From positions 2,720,001-2,784,000 of the forward strand of contig CAWIAD010000002.1 in NCBI GenBank assembly GCA_963833985.1: DNA of 64,000 nucleotides. The letters run 5' to 3'. Positions 46,951 through 57,044 of this stretch are shown piece after piece. The stretch comes from an uncultured Planctomycetaceae bacterium (GTDB lineage Bacteria > Planctomycetota > Planctomycetia > Isosphaerales > Isosphaeraceae). The notes under the pieces were generated by a model. It saw only the letters and a program-made list of their open reading frames with translations, had not been told where the DNA came from and did not search any database. Each line of letters starts with the position of its first letter. Position 1 is the stretch's first letter. A program made the translations under genes and the position numbers.

Positions 46951-48132
46951 TCAGATCGTGATTTGCAGGCCCGGCAATGACTTGAGTAGCCGCCTGATCC
47001 CTTGGGGCGTGACCTTCGTCTTGCCGAGATCAAGGGACTTCAGCATCTTCAGCCCCGTGAGCAACTCCAGCCCCTTGTCCGATATTTGGGTATAGTTTAA
47101 ATCCAGAGTCACCAGGCTTCTCATCTTGCCCAGGTGCACAAGCTCCTCGTCGTTGATCGGGCAGGAGCCGAGGTCGAGCTCGCGAACTTGAGGCAGCTTC
47201 CCGAGTTGAACGAGCCCGGCGCTCTGCAACTTGCAGAACGAAAGGTTGAGGAAAGCCAGCGCGGACAGGCCGCTGAGCTCGGCGAGACCGTCTCCTGAAA
47301 TCTGCGTGCCCGCGAGGTTCACGGAGTGAAGTTGCTTGAGCGTTCTGAGGTGCGGTAGTGCACGGTCCGTGATATGGGTGTTGCCGAGGTTGAGCACTTC
47401 CAGATGCGTAAGCGGCTCCAGGCCCACGAGTCCATCATCACTCACCCGGCTGCTATCGAGCGAGATGGACTTCAGGCCGGCCATGCCGGCCAGGTTGGCC
47501 AGACCGTGCCCGTCGATGGCGGTGCCGTTGAGCGACAGGGACGCCAGCTTCGTCAGACCGCGGGGAGCTTCCTGTCCCCCGTCGGAACCCGTCACCCGGA
47601 AAAAGACCAGTGCCTTGTCGCTGATTCCCGTGAACCCGAGGTCCAGTGCCCGCAGCGATGACATGCTGGAGATCCTGGCCAGCCCTTCATCGCCCAGAGG
47701 TGTGCACTGCAAGTTCAAGACCTGGAGCCGGTGCAGCGTGCCGAGACGCAGCAGCCCGGCACCACGAACCCGGGTGGACATCAGGTTCAGGCTGCGCAGC
47801 TCGGAAAGCTCGCTGATCGGGATGATGTCCTCGTCAGTGACCGGCGTCTCCAGGAGACTGAGATATCTCAGGTGGGGCAGTCGGCCCACGGCCCTGATGC
47901 CATCGCCGTCGACTTCGCTGAACGAGAGATCGACCCTGATGATGGGCTTGTCCGGAAGCGTCTCATCAATCCGATACGACCCGGCGCAGTCCGCAATCTC
48001 GGCGATGGCTTGCTCCTGCCCGGTGCCAAAAAGCTCGAGCCGCATGTTCTTGCAAAAATGGGAGATGGAGCTGCCGAACAGCGCGACTGGCAGGAGTGCC
48101 AGAGGGGCACTCCGGAGGATTCGCCACTTCAT
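46951..48132 (-). CDS. Leucine-rich repeat protein
   Basis: Many 24-aa LxxLxLxxTxIxDxGLxxL repeats. Confidence 0.9.
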   Translation of the reverse strand: MKWRILRSAPLALLPVALFGSSISHFCKNMRLELFGTGQEQAIAEIADCAGSYRIDETLPDKPIIRVDLSFSEVDGDGIRAVGRLPHLRYLSLLETPVTDEDIIPISELSELRSLNLMSTRVRGAGLLRLGTLHRLQVLNLQCTPLGDEGLARISSMSSLRALDLGFTGISDKALVFFRVTGSDGGQEAPRGLTKLASLSLNGTAIDGHGLANLAGMAGLKSISLDSSRVSDDGLVGLEPLTHLEVLNLGNTHITDRALPHLRTLKQLHSVNLAGTQISGDGLAELSGLSALAFLNLSFCKLQSAGLVQLGKLPQVRELDLGSCPINDEELVHLGKMRSLVTLDLNYTQISDKGLELLTGLKMLKSLDLGKTKVTPQGIRRLLKSLPGLQITI

Positions 48133-48326
48133 GTGCTGGGCTCCTCGATGGTAGATTTGAGACGGCGTCATCATAACGCGATCGGTGCCCAAAAAATGCA
48201 AAATCCCGGCGTTCGCCCGTTCCTGAACTTTGTGTGTGGCCTGTGCATCGAGGCGTGCGTGGTTGGTGGCGCATGGAAGGTGATACGACGGCGGCTGAGT
48301 GCCGGCACCGGCAGCGAGGTGTGCTG

Positions 48327-48902
48327 ATGAGCAAACGCGATGCCCGCCGGCCGCGGCCAGCCTCCGCGGCCGCATCCAGACCCGGCAAGCCGGGGGGACC
48401 ACGGCCTGCCGGCGACCCGGTTGCTGCCGCCAGTGCCATCCGTCTGGCCGAGGTGCCGGCCGGCTCGGGATACTTCGAGCTGGACCACCCGGCTTGCGTC
48501 TTCGAGCGGGAGCCCGATTATCGGGAGGGCCTGGAACTCTGGAAGGCCGGCGATCCGGAAGAAGCGCGCGACGCCCTGCGGTATGCGCTCGAGGGGTGCG
48601 CCTCCAACCTCTGGGTGCACGCCGCTCTGGGGCGGATCGCCCTGGAGGCTTTCAACGATCCCCAGCTGGCCCGAGGGCACCTCGGCTACGCGGTGGAGCT
48701 GGCGCGGCAGGCACTCCCGGCGGGATTCGCCGGGCGTCTGCCGCGGCAACGCCCGGCCAACGCCCCGTTTTACGACGCCGTGGACGGGCTGGCGCAATGC
48801 CTGCGCAAGCTGGGCAAGAGCGCGGACGCCGACCGCTTGACGGCGTTCGCCCGGCGGCTGGAAAACGGGGCTGGCGGAGGCCCGGGCAGGCCTCTTCCAT
48901 GA
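48327..48902 (+). CDS. Hypothetical TPR-like helical protein
   Basis: EEARDALRYALEGC..NLWVHAALGRIALE...LARGHLGYA. Confidence 0.65.
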   Translation: MSKRDARRPRPASAAASRPGKPGGPRPAGDPVAAASAIRLAEVPAGSGYFELDHPACVFEREPDYREGLELWKAGDPEEARDALRYALEGCASNLWVHAALGRIALEAFNDPQLARGHLGYAVELARQALPAGFAGRLPRQRPANAPFYDAVDGLAQCLRKLGKSADADRLTAFARRLENGAGGGPGRPLP

Positions 48903-49080
48903 GCTTTGAAAAAAATTCAAAGCCAGTCCGTCGCCCGATCTGCGTCGATTTCGACTTTAGGGCTTTTTCGGGCTTGCGGGGATCGGTCGATCGGTATAGA
49001 ACGACCGCCCTGTGGGACTGGCGACCCGATTGAATGGCAGGGTCGATGGCCTTGCGGCTCTGCGAATCAGGATGCCACCC

Positions 49081-49959
49081 ATGATGCTTCGTTCCATCGC
49101 CGGCGGCGTGGAAGTCCTCGCGCCGGCGAAGTTAAACCTGTTCCTCGAAGTCCTGGCGCGCCGGCAGGACGGTTATCACGAGATCGAATCGCTGATGGTC
49201 GCCGTGAACCTGTACGACACACTGACCGTCACCGATCACGACTCGGGAGCCATCGTCCTGGAGTGCGACGACACGAGCTTGCCCGCCGGTCCGCAAAACC
49301 TGGTTGTGCAGGCTGCCGAACGACTCAGGTCCGCAACCGGCTGCACGCACGGGGCGCGGATCCGCCTGCACAAGGTCATTCCAGCCCAGGCGGGACTGGG
49401 CGGCGGCTCAAGCGATGCGGCCGCGACTCTCGCCGCGCTGGTTCGGCTCTGGGACCTGGGGATGCCCGCCACTGCGCTCGACGCGGTCGCGGGTGAAGTT
49501 GGCAGCGATGTGGCCTTTTTCTTGCACGCACCCGCGGCAATCTGCCGGGGGCGCGGCGAACGTGTGCAAGCCGTAGCGATCCGTCAGCCCTTACACTTCG
49601 TGCTGGTCGCCCCGACCATCGGCTCGAGTACGGCCGAGGTGTACCGCAACGTGAGACCGCCCGAGACGACCCACAGCCTCCAGGCGGTGTGTGGCGCGCT
49701 GGCCGGCGACGGCACGGCCGCCCTGGGTCGAAGCCTCTTCAATCGGCTTCAACCCGTTGCCGAAGCGCTCCAGCCCGAACTTCTCCGGGTGCGTGACGCT
49801 CTGGCGAACCTGGACCCTCCCCTGGAAGGGTCCCTCATGAGTGGCAGCGGCTCGGCCTACTTCGGCCTTTGCCGCGATACCACCGCGGCAGAGAAGGCCG
49901 CGGAAGATCTGCAACCGCTCGGACTAGGATGGGTCCGGGTCGTGACCTGCGGCCCCTGA
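49081..49959 (+). CDS. ispE: 4-diphosphocytidyl-2-C-methyl-D-erythritol kinase
   Basis: PAKLNLFL, DGYHEI, IPAQAGLGGGSSDAA, GSDV, MSGSGS. Confidence 0.96.
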   Translation: MMLRSIAGGVEVLAPAKLNLFLEVLARRQDGYHEIESLMVAVNLYDTLTVTDHDSGAIVLECDDTSLPAGPQNLVVQAAERLRSATGCTHGARIRLHKVIPAQAGLGGGSSDAAATLAALVRLWDLGMPATALDAVAGEVGSDVAFFLHAPAAICRGRGERVQAVAIRQPLHFVLVAPTIGSSTAEVYRNVRPPETTHSLQAVCGALAGDGTAALGRSLFNRLQPVAEALQPELLRVRDALANLDPPLEGSLMSGSGSAYFGLCRDTTAAEKAAEDLQPLGLGWVRVVTCGP

Positions 49960-49995
49960 GCAGAGAAGCAAAGCCCTCGTAAAGGAGTACCGGCT

Positions 49996-50643
49996 GTGGA
50001 GATCACTGAAGTTCGCATCAAGCTCATGGAAGACAACTCGGGCAGCAACGAACGCTTGCAAGCCTTTTGCAGCATCACGTTTGACGACATGTTCGTCATC
50101 CGTGACTTGAAAATCATCGAGGGCGCCAAGGGCTTCTTCGTGGCCATGCCCTCGCGCAAGCTCACCGACCGGTGTCACAACTGCGGCACCAAGAACCACC
50201 TGCGCAGCCGTTTCTGCAACCAGTGCGGCTGCCGCCTGGACGAGAACCGCGCCCTTCGGGACGCCGATGGACGGGCGAAGCTGCACGCCGACATTGCCCA
50301 CCCCATCAACTCGATGTGCCGCGAGAAGATCCAGTCCGCCGTCCTGGCCTCGTACGCCGAAGAGCTCGAACGTGCCAAGATGCCAGGCTACATCTCGCGC
50401 TACGACGATTATGAGGTCGACGACTTCGACGTTCCATTCGACAACCACGCCCCCGCGGGCCACGCCTCCGCCGGCGAGCCGCCGATCCGTCGCGGTCCTT
50501 TGCGTGGGCACACGCAACACGCTCGCGGCAACCAGTCGGTGCTCCGCGGTCCCCACGTTCCGCCCCGGCGGGACAGCAGCGAGCAGGAAATCGCGTCGGA
50601 ATACCATCGTCGCGGGGAGTCGTCCTTCGGCAACGGCATCTGA
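49996..50643 (+). CDS. spoVG: SpoVG-family nucleic-acid-binding protein with a Zn-ribbon insert
   Basis: [39 protein letters not shown]...CNQC, DIAHPIN. Confidence 0.92.
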   Translation: MEITEVRIKLMEDNSGSNERLQAFCSITFDDMFVIRDLKIIEGAKGFFVAMPSRKLTDRCHNCGTKNHLRSRFCNQCGCRLDENRALRDADGRAKLHADIAHPINSMCREKIQSAVLASYAEELERAKMPGYISRYDDYEVDDFDVPFDNHAPAGHASAGEPPIRRGPLRGHTQHARGNQSVLRGPHVPPRRDSSEQEIASEYHRRGESSFGNGI

Positions 50644-50920
50644 GCCACCCGTAGGCCCAGCCGGCGCGTTCCCGGGTGCAACCGCGGGTGCCAGCAATCC
50701 TTGATTCCTCATCATCCCCGCTGCCGATAGCCGCCGCCTGCTCTCACCCGGGGCACTCGCGGCCAGCCCCATGACCCAAGCCCACCCCCTGGTTCACTCA
50801 GCCGGGCTCGTTGCGCTGCGGTTCCAACCGCTGCACCGGTCCCGGCGTTTTGTTTTTGCCGGTGGCGCCTTGCTGGTAAGATATCCAGCAGCCGCCACGA
50901 CCTTCGGCACCCAGCCCCTC

Positions 50921-51865
50921 ATGAGATTGACCTTCCGACCCGCGCGTCAGACTCACGGCCAGCCCGGGGCGCAGCCGCCCACGGGACCGCGGGTCTCACG
51001 GTCCGGGCGCTGGCGTTCGCTGCTGGCTGTCACCGCGCGTTTGCTGTTTCTGGTCCTGCTGGGTTTCCTCACCTTGCTCTACTTACTTCAAGACCGCATG
51101 ATCTTCCCGGGAACTGCCACGCAAGGCAGCCTGGAAGCGGCCGTGCATCCCCGGTCCGGCGCCGAGCGCATCGAGCTGGCCACGCCGCGAGGCGATCGCG
51201 TGATCGCACTCTACGGTCCGGCCCTCTTGCCAGACGGCTCTCCCCACCCTGACCCATCCACCCAGCCGGCGCTGGCCTACTTCTACGGCAACGCCATGTG
51301 CCTGGCCTACGCCGAGCCAGAGTTCGAACGCTTCCGGCGCCTCGGGCTGAACGTCCTGATTCCCGACTACCTGGGATACGGCTGTAGCACGGGGAAGGCG
51401 TCAGAAGCGGGTTGCCGCGAGACGGCCGAGGCCGTCTACCAGGCACTTCGGGACCGCGGGTTCGCGCCGCCGCGAATCATCGCCGGCGGCTGGTCGCTGG
51501 GCGGCGCGGTGGCGATTGACCTGGCTTCGAGACGGCCGGTCGGCGGCCTGATCGCCTTCAGCACGTTCACCAGCACCCACGACATGGCCCTCGCAATCTG
51601 CCCCATGCCCCTGCCGCGCTGGTTCTTCGCCCACAAGTTCGATAGCCTGGGGAAGCTTCCCTCCATCACCTGCCCGGTCTTGCTCGGGCATGGCCGACAG
51701 GATCGCCTCGTTCCTTTTTACATGTTCCAGCGGCTGGTGTCTGCCGTTCGCGGGCCACTCTCCACCATCGTGCTCGATCACGCGGAACACAACGACTTCT
51801 ACGATGTGGGCGGCCGGCGGATCGACGACGCCATCCTCCGGTTTGCCGACCATTTGTCCCCGTAG
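50921..51865 (+). CDS. Membrane-anchored alpha/beta hydrolase
   Basis: YFYGNA, DYLGYG.S.G, GWSLGGAVA, HGRQD..VP, HND. Confidence 0.88.
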   Translation: MRLTFRPARQTHGQPGAQPPTGPRVSRSGRWRSLLAVTARLLFLVLLGFLTLLYLLQDRMIFPGTATQGSLEAAVHPRSGAERIELATPRGDRVIALYGPALLPDGSPHPDPSTQPALAYFYGNAMCLAYAEPEFERFRRLGLNVLIPDYLGYGCSTGKASEAGCRETAEAVYQALRDRGFAPPRIIAGGWSLGGAVAIDLASRRPVGGLIAFSTFTSTHDMALAICPMPLPRWFFAHKFDSLGKLPSITCPVLLGHGRQDRLVPFYMFQRLVSAVRGPLSTIVLDHAEHNDFYDVGGRRIDDAILRFADHLSP

Positions 51866-51931
51866 GTTCGCCGTGGCCGTATGCACGCGGGCCCTCTCTG
51901 TTCGCTGCCCGTCCTGTGCCGGGAATGCCCC

Positions 51932-52471
51932 ATGCAAACGCTGCCCTGGATCGACCACCTGACCACCGAGCGGCTGATCCTGCGGATGTTTCGCGACAGC
52001 GACCTGGACGCCTACGCCGACATGTGCGGCGACGCCGAGGTGATGAGATACCTGGGCGGCATCACCATGAGCCGCGCGGAGGCCTGGAGAAACATGGCGA
52101 CGGTGGTGGGGCACTGGCAGCTACGCGGTTTCGGGCTGTACGCCGTGGAGGAGCAATCGACCGGCACGATGGTGGGCCGGGTGGGCTGCTGGCAGCCGGA
52201 AGGGTGGCCCGGCATGGAACTCGCCTGGACCCTGCGCCAGGCGTACTGGGGGCGCGGCTACGCGACGGAGGCCGCCAGAACGGTGCTGGACCTGGCCCTG
52301 CAAGGCGCCCGGCAGACGCGCCTCATCAGCATGATCCACGCCGACAACCAGCCGTCGATCCGCGTGGCGCAGCGGCTCCGGATGCGGCTGGAAGGCCGGA
52401 CCGCGCTGCTGGGTGATCCGGTCGTGGTTTATGGAATTCGCCGCTCGCCTGCCGTGGCGCAGCCTGGCTGA
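51932..52471 (+). CDS. GNAT N-acetyltransferase, RimJ/RimL type
   Basis: TERLILR, GHWQLRGFG, WGRGYATEAA, N.PSIRVA.RL. Confidence 0.9.
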   Translation: MQTLPWIDHLTTERLILRMFRDSDLDAYADMCGDAEVMRYLGGITMSRAEAWRNMATVVGHWQLRGFGLYAVEEQSTGTMVGRVGCWQPEGWPGMELAWTLRQAYWGRGYATEAARTVLDLALQGARQTRLISMIHADNQPSIRVAQRLRMRLEGRTALLGDPVVVYGIRRSPAVAQPG

Positions 52472-52742
52472 GCGGACCTGGCCGGGCTGGCGGCGTGCCG
52501 CGCCACAAATCTCCGACAGGCATCTGGCAACGGGGTTTTTATTCCGATTCACCTTTCTTTTGCGTCGATGGATCTCTATACTTGGCTCGGTTGGAGGCCG
52601 ATGAGTGCATGCCGTGATTTCTTTCAGGCTCTCACTCTGCCTCATCCGGGGCTTTCCACCGGTCGGGCCTCCAGCGGCCGTCATCGGAGGGGGGCCCGGC
52701 ACGTTCGTCGTGTGAACTGCCGCTTGTTTGAGGAGTTTGACG

Positions 52743-53072
52743 GTGGGCAAGAAACTGTACGTGGGAAACCTGACCTATCGCACGAACGGCTCCGATCTGG
52801 AGCAACTGTTCTCGCAATTCGGCACCGTGGAGAGCGCGGAGGTCATCTCCGACCGGGAGACCGGACGAAGCAAGGGCTTTGGTTTCGTCGAGATGGGCAC
52901 CGAAGCCGAGGCCAGGGCGGCGATTGAAAACCTGCACGAGCACGATGTGGATGGACGCCGCCTCACCGTCAACGAGGCGCGTCCGCGCGAGCCACGCAGC
53001 GGAGGCGGTGGATACCGTGGCGGCTCCGATGGCGGCAGCCGCGACGGCGGCTACGACAGCCAGCGCTACTGA
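52743..53072 (+). CDS. RRM RNA-binding protein with a Gly-rich tail
   Basis: KLYVGNL (RNP2), SKGFGFVEM (RNP1), VNEARPRE; GAGGAG RBS. Confidence 0.95.
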   Translation: MGKKLYVGNLTYRTNGSDLEQLFSQFGTVESAEVISDRETGRSKGFGFVEMGTEAEARAAIENLHEHDVDGRRLTVNEARPREPRSGGGGYRGGSDGGSRDGGYDSQRY

Positions 53073-53148
53073 GCCGGCCGGCTCTGGTGCCGGCCTGGCG
53101 GTGGCAGTGATCCGGCAGTTGCTGAGCTGAGCGCCGCGAACCGCGCGC

Positions 53149-53610
53149 TCAGCCGTCGGCCTTCTTCGGTGCGGCCGCGAGCGGCCGGAGTACCGCCAGC
53201 ATCGTGTTCAGGTGCGCCAGCCGGGGGCCGAAGCGATCGACGAAATCGCTCAGCGAGAAGTCGCCCTCGAGCAGGTTCTCATGGTTCTCATCGACATACG
53301 TAGCAAGATCACCCATGAGTGACGCATGAACTTGCTCGAGCCGCCCTAGCGTGTCGCGGCAGGCCTCGATCACATGCTCATGACCGACTTGCCAGCGCTC
53401 GAGCTCCGCGCTTCGCCGCGCCCGCTGCTCGCGGTTGACCTGCACCATTTCCCGCGACAGGTCCAGTTGCTGGCGCTGCACTTCCAGAAGCTGACGCAAC
53501 GCGTCGACGGTCTGGTTTTGCAGGTTGACCATGAGGTGGAGCAAAACGATCGGTTCGTTGGCGTTCGACGAGCCGGCCGCGGCGCCCGGTCCCGTGGGAG
53601 AGACTTCCAT
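53149..53610 (-). CDS. Conserved hypothetical coiled-coil protein
   Basis: LRQLLEVQRQQL...ELERWQ...FVDRFGPRLAHLN; coding-like composition. Confidence 0.7.
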   Translation of the reverse strand: MEVSPTGPGAAAGSSNANEPIVLLHLMVNLQNQTVDALRQLLEVQRQQLDLSREMVQVNREQRARRSAELERWQVGHEHVIEACRDTLGRLEQVHASLMGDLATYVDENHENLLEGDFSLSDFVDRFGPRLAHLNTMLAVLRPLAAAPKKADG

Positions 53611-53866
53611 GCGATAGGTCCAGGCCGCAGATGATGGGTTCTCGCGAGATGACAATCCAACCTCCTGCGTTCCGTTGGGCATCAGGATCGTGGCGACAGA
53701 TTCCCGGCCCTGGCCGCTCGGGCAGATCTGCGTGTTCAAGCCAATCTAAGTATACCCGAGGGGGGAAGGGTGGCCTAGGCCATTGGCCGCGTGATTCTGC
53801 GAAGCCTTCCCGGTCAACCGCCTGCCGGAGCGGCCCGCTTCCGGGAGAGCCCGCGCGCGGACGCCG

Positions 53867-54754
53867 TCAGTCTTCTTCGTCCCCCTGGCCGGCATGGTCA
53901 AATGCGTCGGGCAAGGCGTCCACGATATCGCCGGCGATCATGCCGATCGTGCCGCTCTGATCGCGCGCGATGTCGCCGGCGAGTCCGTGCATGTAGACGC
54001 CAAGCTGCGCGGCATCGAAGGCCGTGAGCTTTTGCCCCAGCAGGGCCGCGATCACACCGGTGAGGACGTCGCCCGCACCGCCGGTCGCCATTCCGGGATT
54101 GCCGGTACGGTTGACATACACCCGCCGGCCATCGGTCACCACCGACGCCGCACCCTTGAGCACGACGACCAGATGGTCCGAACGGGCGGCTAGCCTGGCG
54201 GCACTCTGCGTGCGGTTCGCCTGCACCTCGGCGACCTCGCTGCCCGAAAGCCTGGCGAACTCGCCCGGGTGCGGGGTCAGCACCACCGGGTGCTTCAACG
54301 ACCCCAGCAGTTCCGGCTGGGCCGCCAGCGCATTGAGCCCGTCGGCGTCGATCACCAGCGGCTTGTCAGTCGCGGTGATGAGCCACCGGACGAGCCCCCG
54401 GATATCGTCCGACTGCCCCAGCCCGGGCCCGATCGCCACCACGTCCGCGGAGACGATCAGCCGCTCCAGCACCGGAATGGACGGCGCAAGATGCACCAGG
54501 CCGTCGGCGTCGTGGGGCAGGGGGTAGGTCATGTAGCAGGGCTCGAAGCTCGCCACCGTGGATTGAACTTCCTGGGGCGTGGCGACGCGGACCAACCCCG
54601 CGCCGGAACGCAATGCCGACGCCCCGCAGAGCGCCGCGGCGCCGGCCATGCCGCGGCCGCCGGCAATCACCAGCACGGACCCGTACATCCCCTTGTGGCC
54701 ATCGCTCACGCGGGGTCGCAGAGCGGGCAGAGTCTCGATCATCTCAAGGTTCAT
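53867..54754 (-). CDS. nnrD: ADP-dependent NAD(P)H-hydrate dehydratase
   Basis: HKGMYG, ALRSGAGLV, GPGLG, DADGLN, LTPHPGEF, MATGGAGDVLTG. Confidence 0.94.
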   Translation of the reverse strand: MNLEMIETLPALRPRVSDGHKGMYGSVLVIAGGRGMAGAAALCGASALRSGAGLVRVATPQEVQSTVASFEPCYMTYPLPHDADGLVHLAPSIPVLERLIVSADVVAIGPGLGQSDDIRGLVRWLITATDKPLVIDADGLNALAAQPELLGSLKHPVVLTPHPGEFARLSGSEVAEVQANRTQSAARLAARSDHLVVVLKGAASVVTDGRRVYVNRTGNPGMATGGAGDVLTGVIAALLGQKLTAFDAAQLGVYMHGLAGDIARDQSGTIGMIAGDIVDALPDAFDHAGQGDEED

Positions 54755-54774
54755 GGGCAGTTCCATCGCGTGTC

Positions 54775-55620
54775 TCATTCGCTCGCAGCGACCGCCTGGC
54801 CGGTACGGTTTCCACCGGGTGCATCGCCGGCGCCGGCACTCGCGCTGGCTCCGATCCGTGCCAGTCCGGCGCAGCGCGCAATCAGCCCGGCCATGTGCCC
54901 GCCGTTGAAGCCCGCGTCGATGTTCACCACCACCACGTTCGAGGCACAACTGTTCAGCATGCCCAGGAGCGCGGCCAGCCCCTGGAAATGGGCACCGTAA
55001 CCGATGCTGGTGGGGACCGCGATCACCGGGCAATCGACGAGTCCGCCCACGACGCTGGGCAGCGCCCCTTCCATTCCCGCCACCACGACCAGGGCGTCGG
55101 CGTTCCCCAGGCGGGGCAACTGGTGCAAGAGCCGGTGCAGCCCGGCCACGCCCACATCGGCCACCAGCGCCACGTCGCAGTTCCACGCCTCGGCCGTCAC
55201 GCGTGCTTCCTCGGCCACGGGCAGGTCGCTCGTGCCGGCGGTGACGATCACCACCCGGCCCACCTTGGCAGCACCCGCATCGGGCCCCTCGATCCGGAAG
55301 GTCCGGCCCAGAACGTTGTGCCGGCCCTCCGGGAATGCAGCCCGCAGATGGCCGGCCGCCGCCGGGTCCACCCGCGTCACCAGCCCTCCCTGGCCGTGGG
55401 TGACCAGCGTCCGCAGGATCGCCTCGATCTGCTCCGCCGTCTTCCCTTGCCCGAAGATCACCTCGGGAAAACCGCAGCGGAGGCGCCGGTGCAGGTCCAC
55501 CTTGGCGAAGCCGCCGGCGTCCACGTAAGGCTGGGTGCGGATTCGCTGCACGGCATCAGCCGAGGTCAGTGTTCCCGCCGCGACCGCGTCCAGCAAGCGT
55601 GTGAGCTCTTCTGGGTCCAT
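54775..55620 (-). CDS. larB: Nickel-pincer cofactor biosynthesis protein LarB
   Basis: PEVIFGQGKT, AGTSDLPVAEEA, DVGVAGLHRL, AGMEGALPSVV, PTSIGYG, VVNIDAGF. Confidence 0.93.
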   Translation of the reverse strand: MDPEELTRLLDAVAAGTLTSADAVQRIRTQPYVDAGGFAKVDLHRRLRCGFPEVIFGQGKTAEQIEAILRTLVTHGQGGLVTRVDPAAAGHLRAAFPEGRHNVLGRTFRIEGPDAGAAKVGRVVIVTAGTSDLPVAEEARVTAEAWNCDVALVADVGVAGLHRLLHQLPRLGNADALVVVAGMEGALPSVVGGLVDCPVIAVPTSIGYGAHFQGLAALLGMLNSCASNVVVVNIDAGFNGGHMAGLIARCAGLARIGASASAGAGDAPGGNRTGQAVAASE

Positions 55621-56322
55621 GAACCTTGCCACCCCCTGAAACAGCAGCCCCGGCGTCGACTCACGCTTGATGTTCTCTTGTAACCCCCCGACCCGTGGCA
55701 TGCAACCCACCGCGCTGCCATTGCAGGCCGCGCAGTCGTCCCACGCATCATTCTGCCCTCTTTCCGGCCGCTTACGCCACGTCACCCGCGGTTCGATCCC
55801 CGGCGCACCGGCAGGGCAATTTGGGTTCGATTTGCAGATCCGCAAGCAAAGCCATCGGACGCAAACCGTTCGGGGGCATGAGGGTTATCTGCTCATTCTT
55901 CCATTTTCGGTTGGCCGATGATCTTTGTTCTGGCTACTCTTGGGTCTGGACTCCAGGGCGCCGCCCGGAGGCGGAGGCGACGCGCTGGATAGAACCATCG
56001 ATCAGGTTGTCAAAGAGCACTGGCACCGTACCGTCTCATTCAGTCTACGCTGGGAACGGCGGCCGCTGGCGAGATTCGTTGCGGTTTGCTCCGCTTATGC
56101 CCGCGCGGTCAGATCCGTTCGCCTCAGTTGTTCCATGCGATTGCTCGTCTGCTCGATTCACTACTACCTCGACCGCTCTGGCGGCGAGTCCCTCTACACG
56201 CGAGCTGCTGGAAGCGCTCGCTGCGCGGGGGGCCTGAGGCGTCAGCCTGGGCAGCACCTCGCCGCATCACGTGCACAGCCACGGAGCGGGTCCGCCGGTC
56301 CCGGCGTTCGGGTGCAAGGTCC

Positions 56323-56579
56323 ATGGCCACGTGCGTGAGCACGTGGTTTTCACGGGCGTAGCCCCCAACCTCGGGCGTGAGCCCGACCAGTGAGGAAGCC
56401 AGTGCCGCAAATCGGTGCGTCGTCGCTGCGCTTGACACACCCTACGCAACAGCCTCCGTCCGGGGCCTTATGGACACCGCGGCGTCCGCTTCCACTTCGG
56501 CCCCCGCGGCCTATGGCCACGTGCGTGAGCACGTGGTTTTCACGGGCATAGCCCCCAACCTCGGGCGTGAGTCCGACCA
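56323..56579. repeat. 67-bp direct repeat with an internal hairpin, enclosing a GTAG-type REP-like palindrome
   Basis: Copies at 56323-56389 and 56513-56579 (2 mismatches) contain ccacgtgc-gtga-gcacgtgg; ggtgcgtc...gacacaccctac lies at 56414-56445. Confidence 0.88.
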
Positions 56580-57044
56580 CCTGGTCGCCGCATCACGCGC
56601 AGTGCAACCGCGAAGCGTAAACGGAAATGAAGACACCTGACCACATAGAGCACAGAGAGAACTCCGTAGGGGATCGTATCGAGGCAGCCGCACATTCCGG
56701 CCTGGCTTCGCCTGAACCCTGGTTCCCCGGCCCATGAACGATCCCGTTGACCTTCCGCTGTCGATCAATTCTGCGCTCGTCCATCGTCTTCTTTCTGACC
56801 TCTGTGGTTCCCTGGTTCGGGCGCCGATCAGGGGTTCGTGGCGATTGATCATTCTCTCTATCGCAGACGGGCGGGGCACGGACTCGTGGAATGAGACCGC
56901 CATGGCATCCAGCCGATTTGAACTTTCGAGCCGCGCGGTGGGCGTGGTAAGTTCGAACATCCGAGGACCGCGGCTGGACCGGAAGCCTCGACTGTGGGCA
57001 CGGTTCCCGCAGGCGGGCCGGCGGGCACGGTAGCGAGCTTGCGC

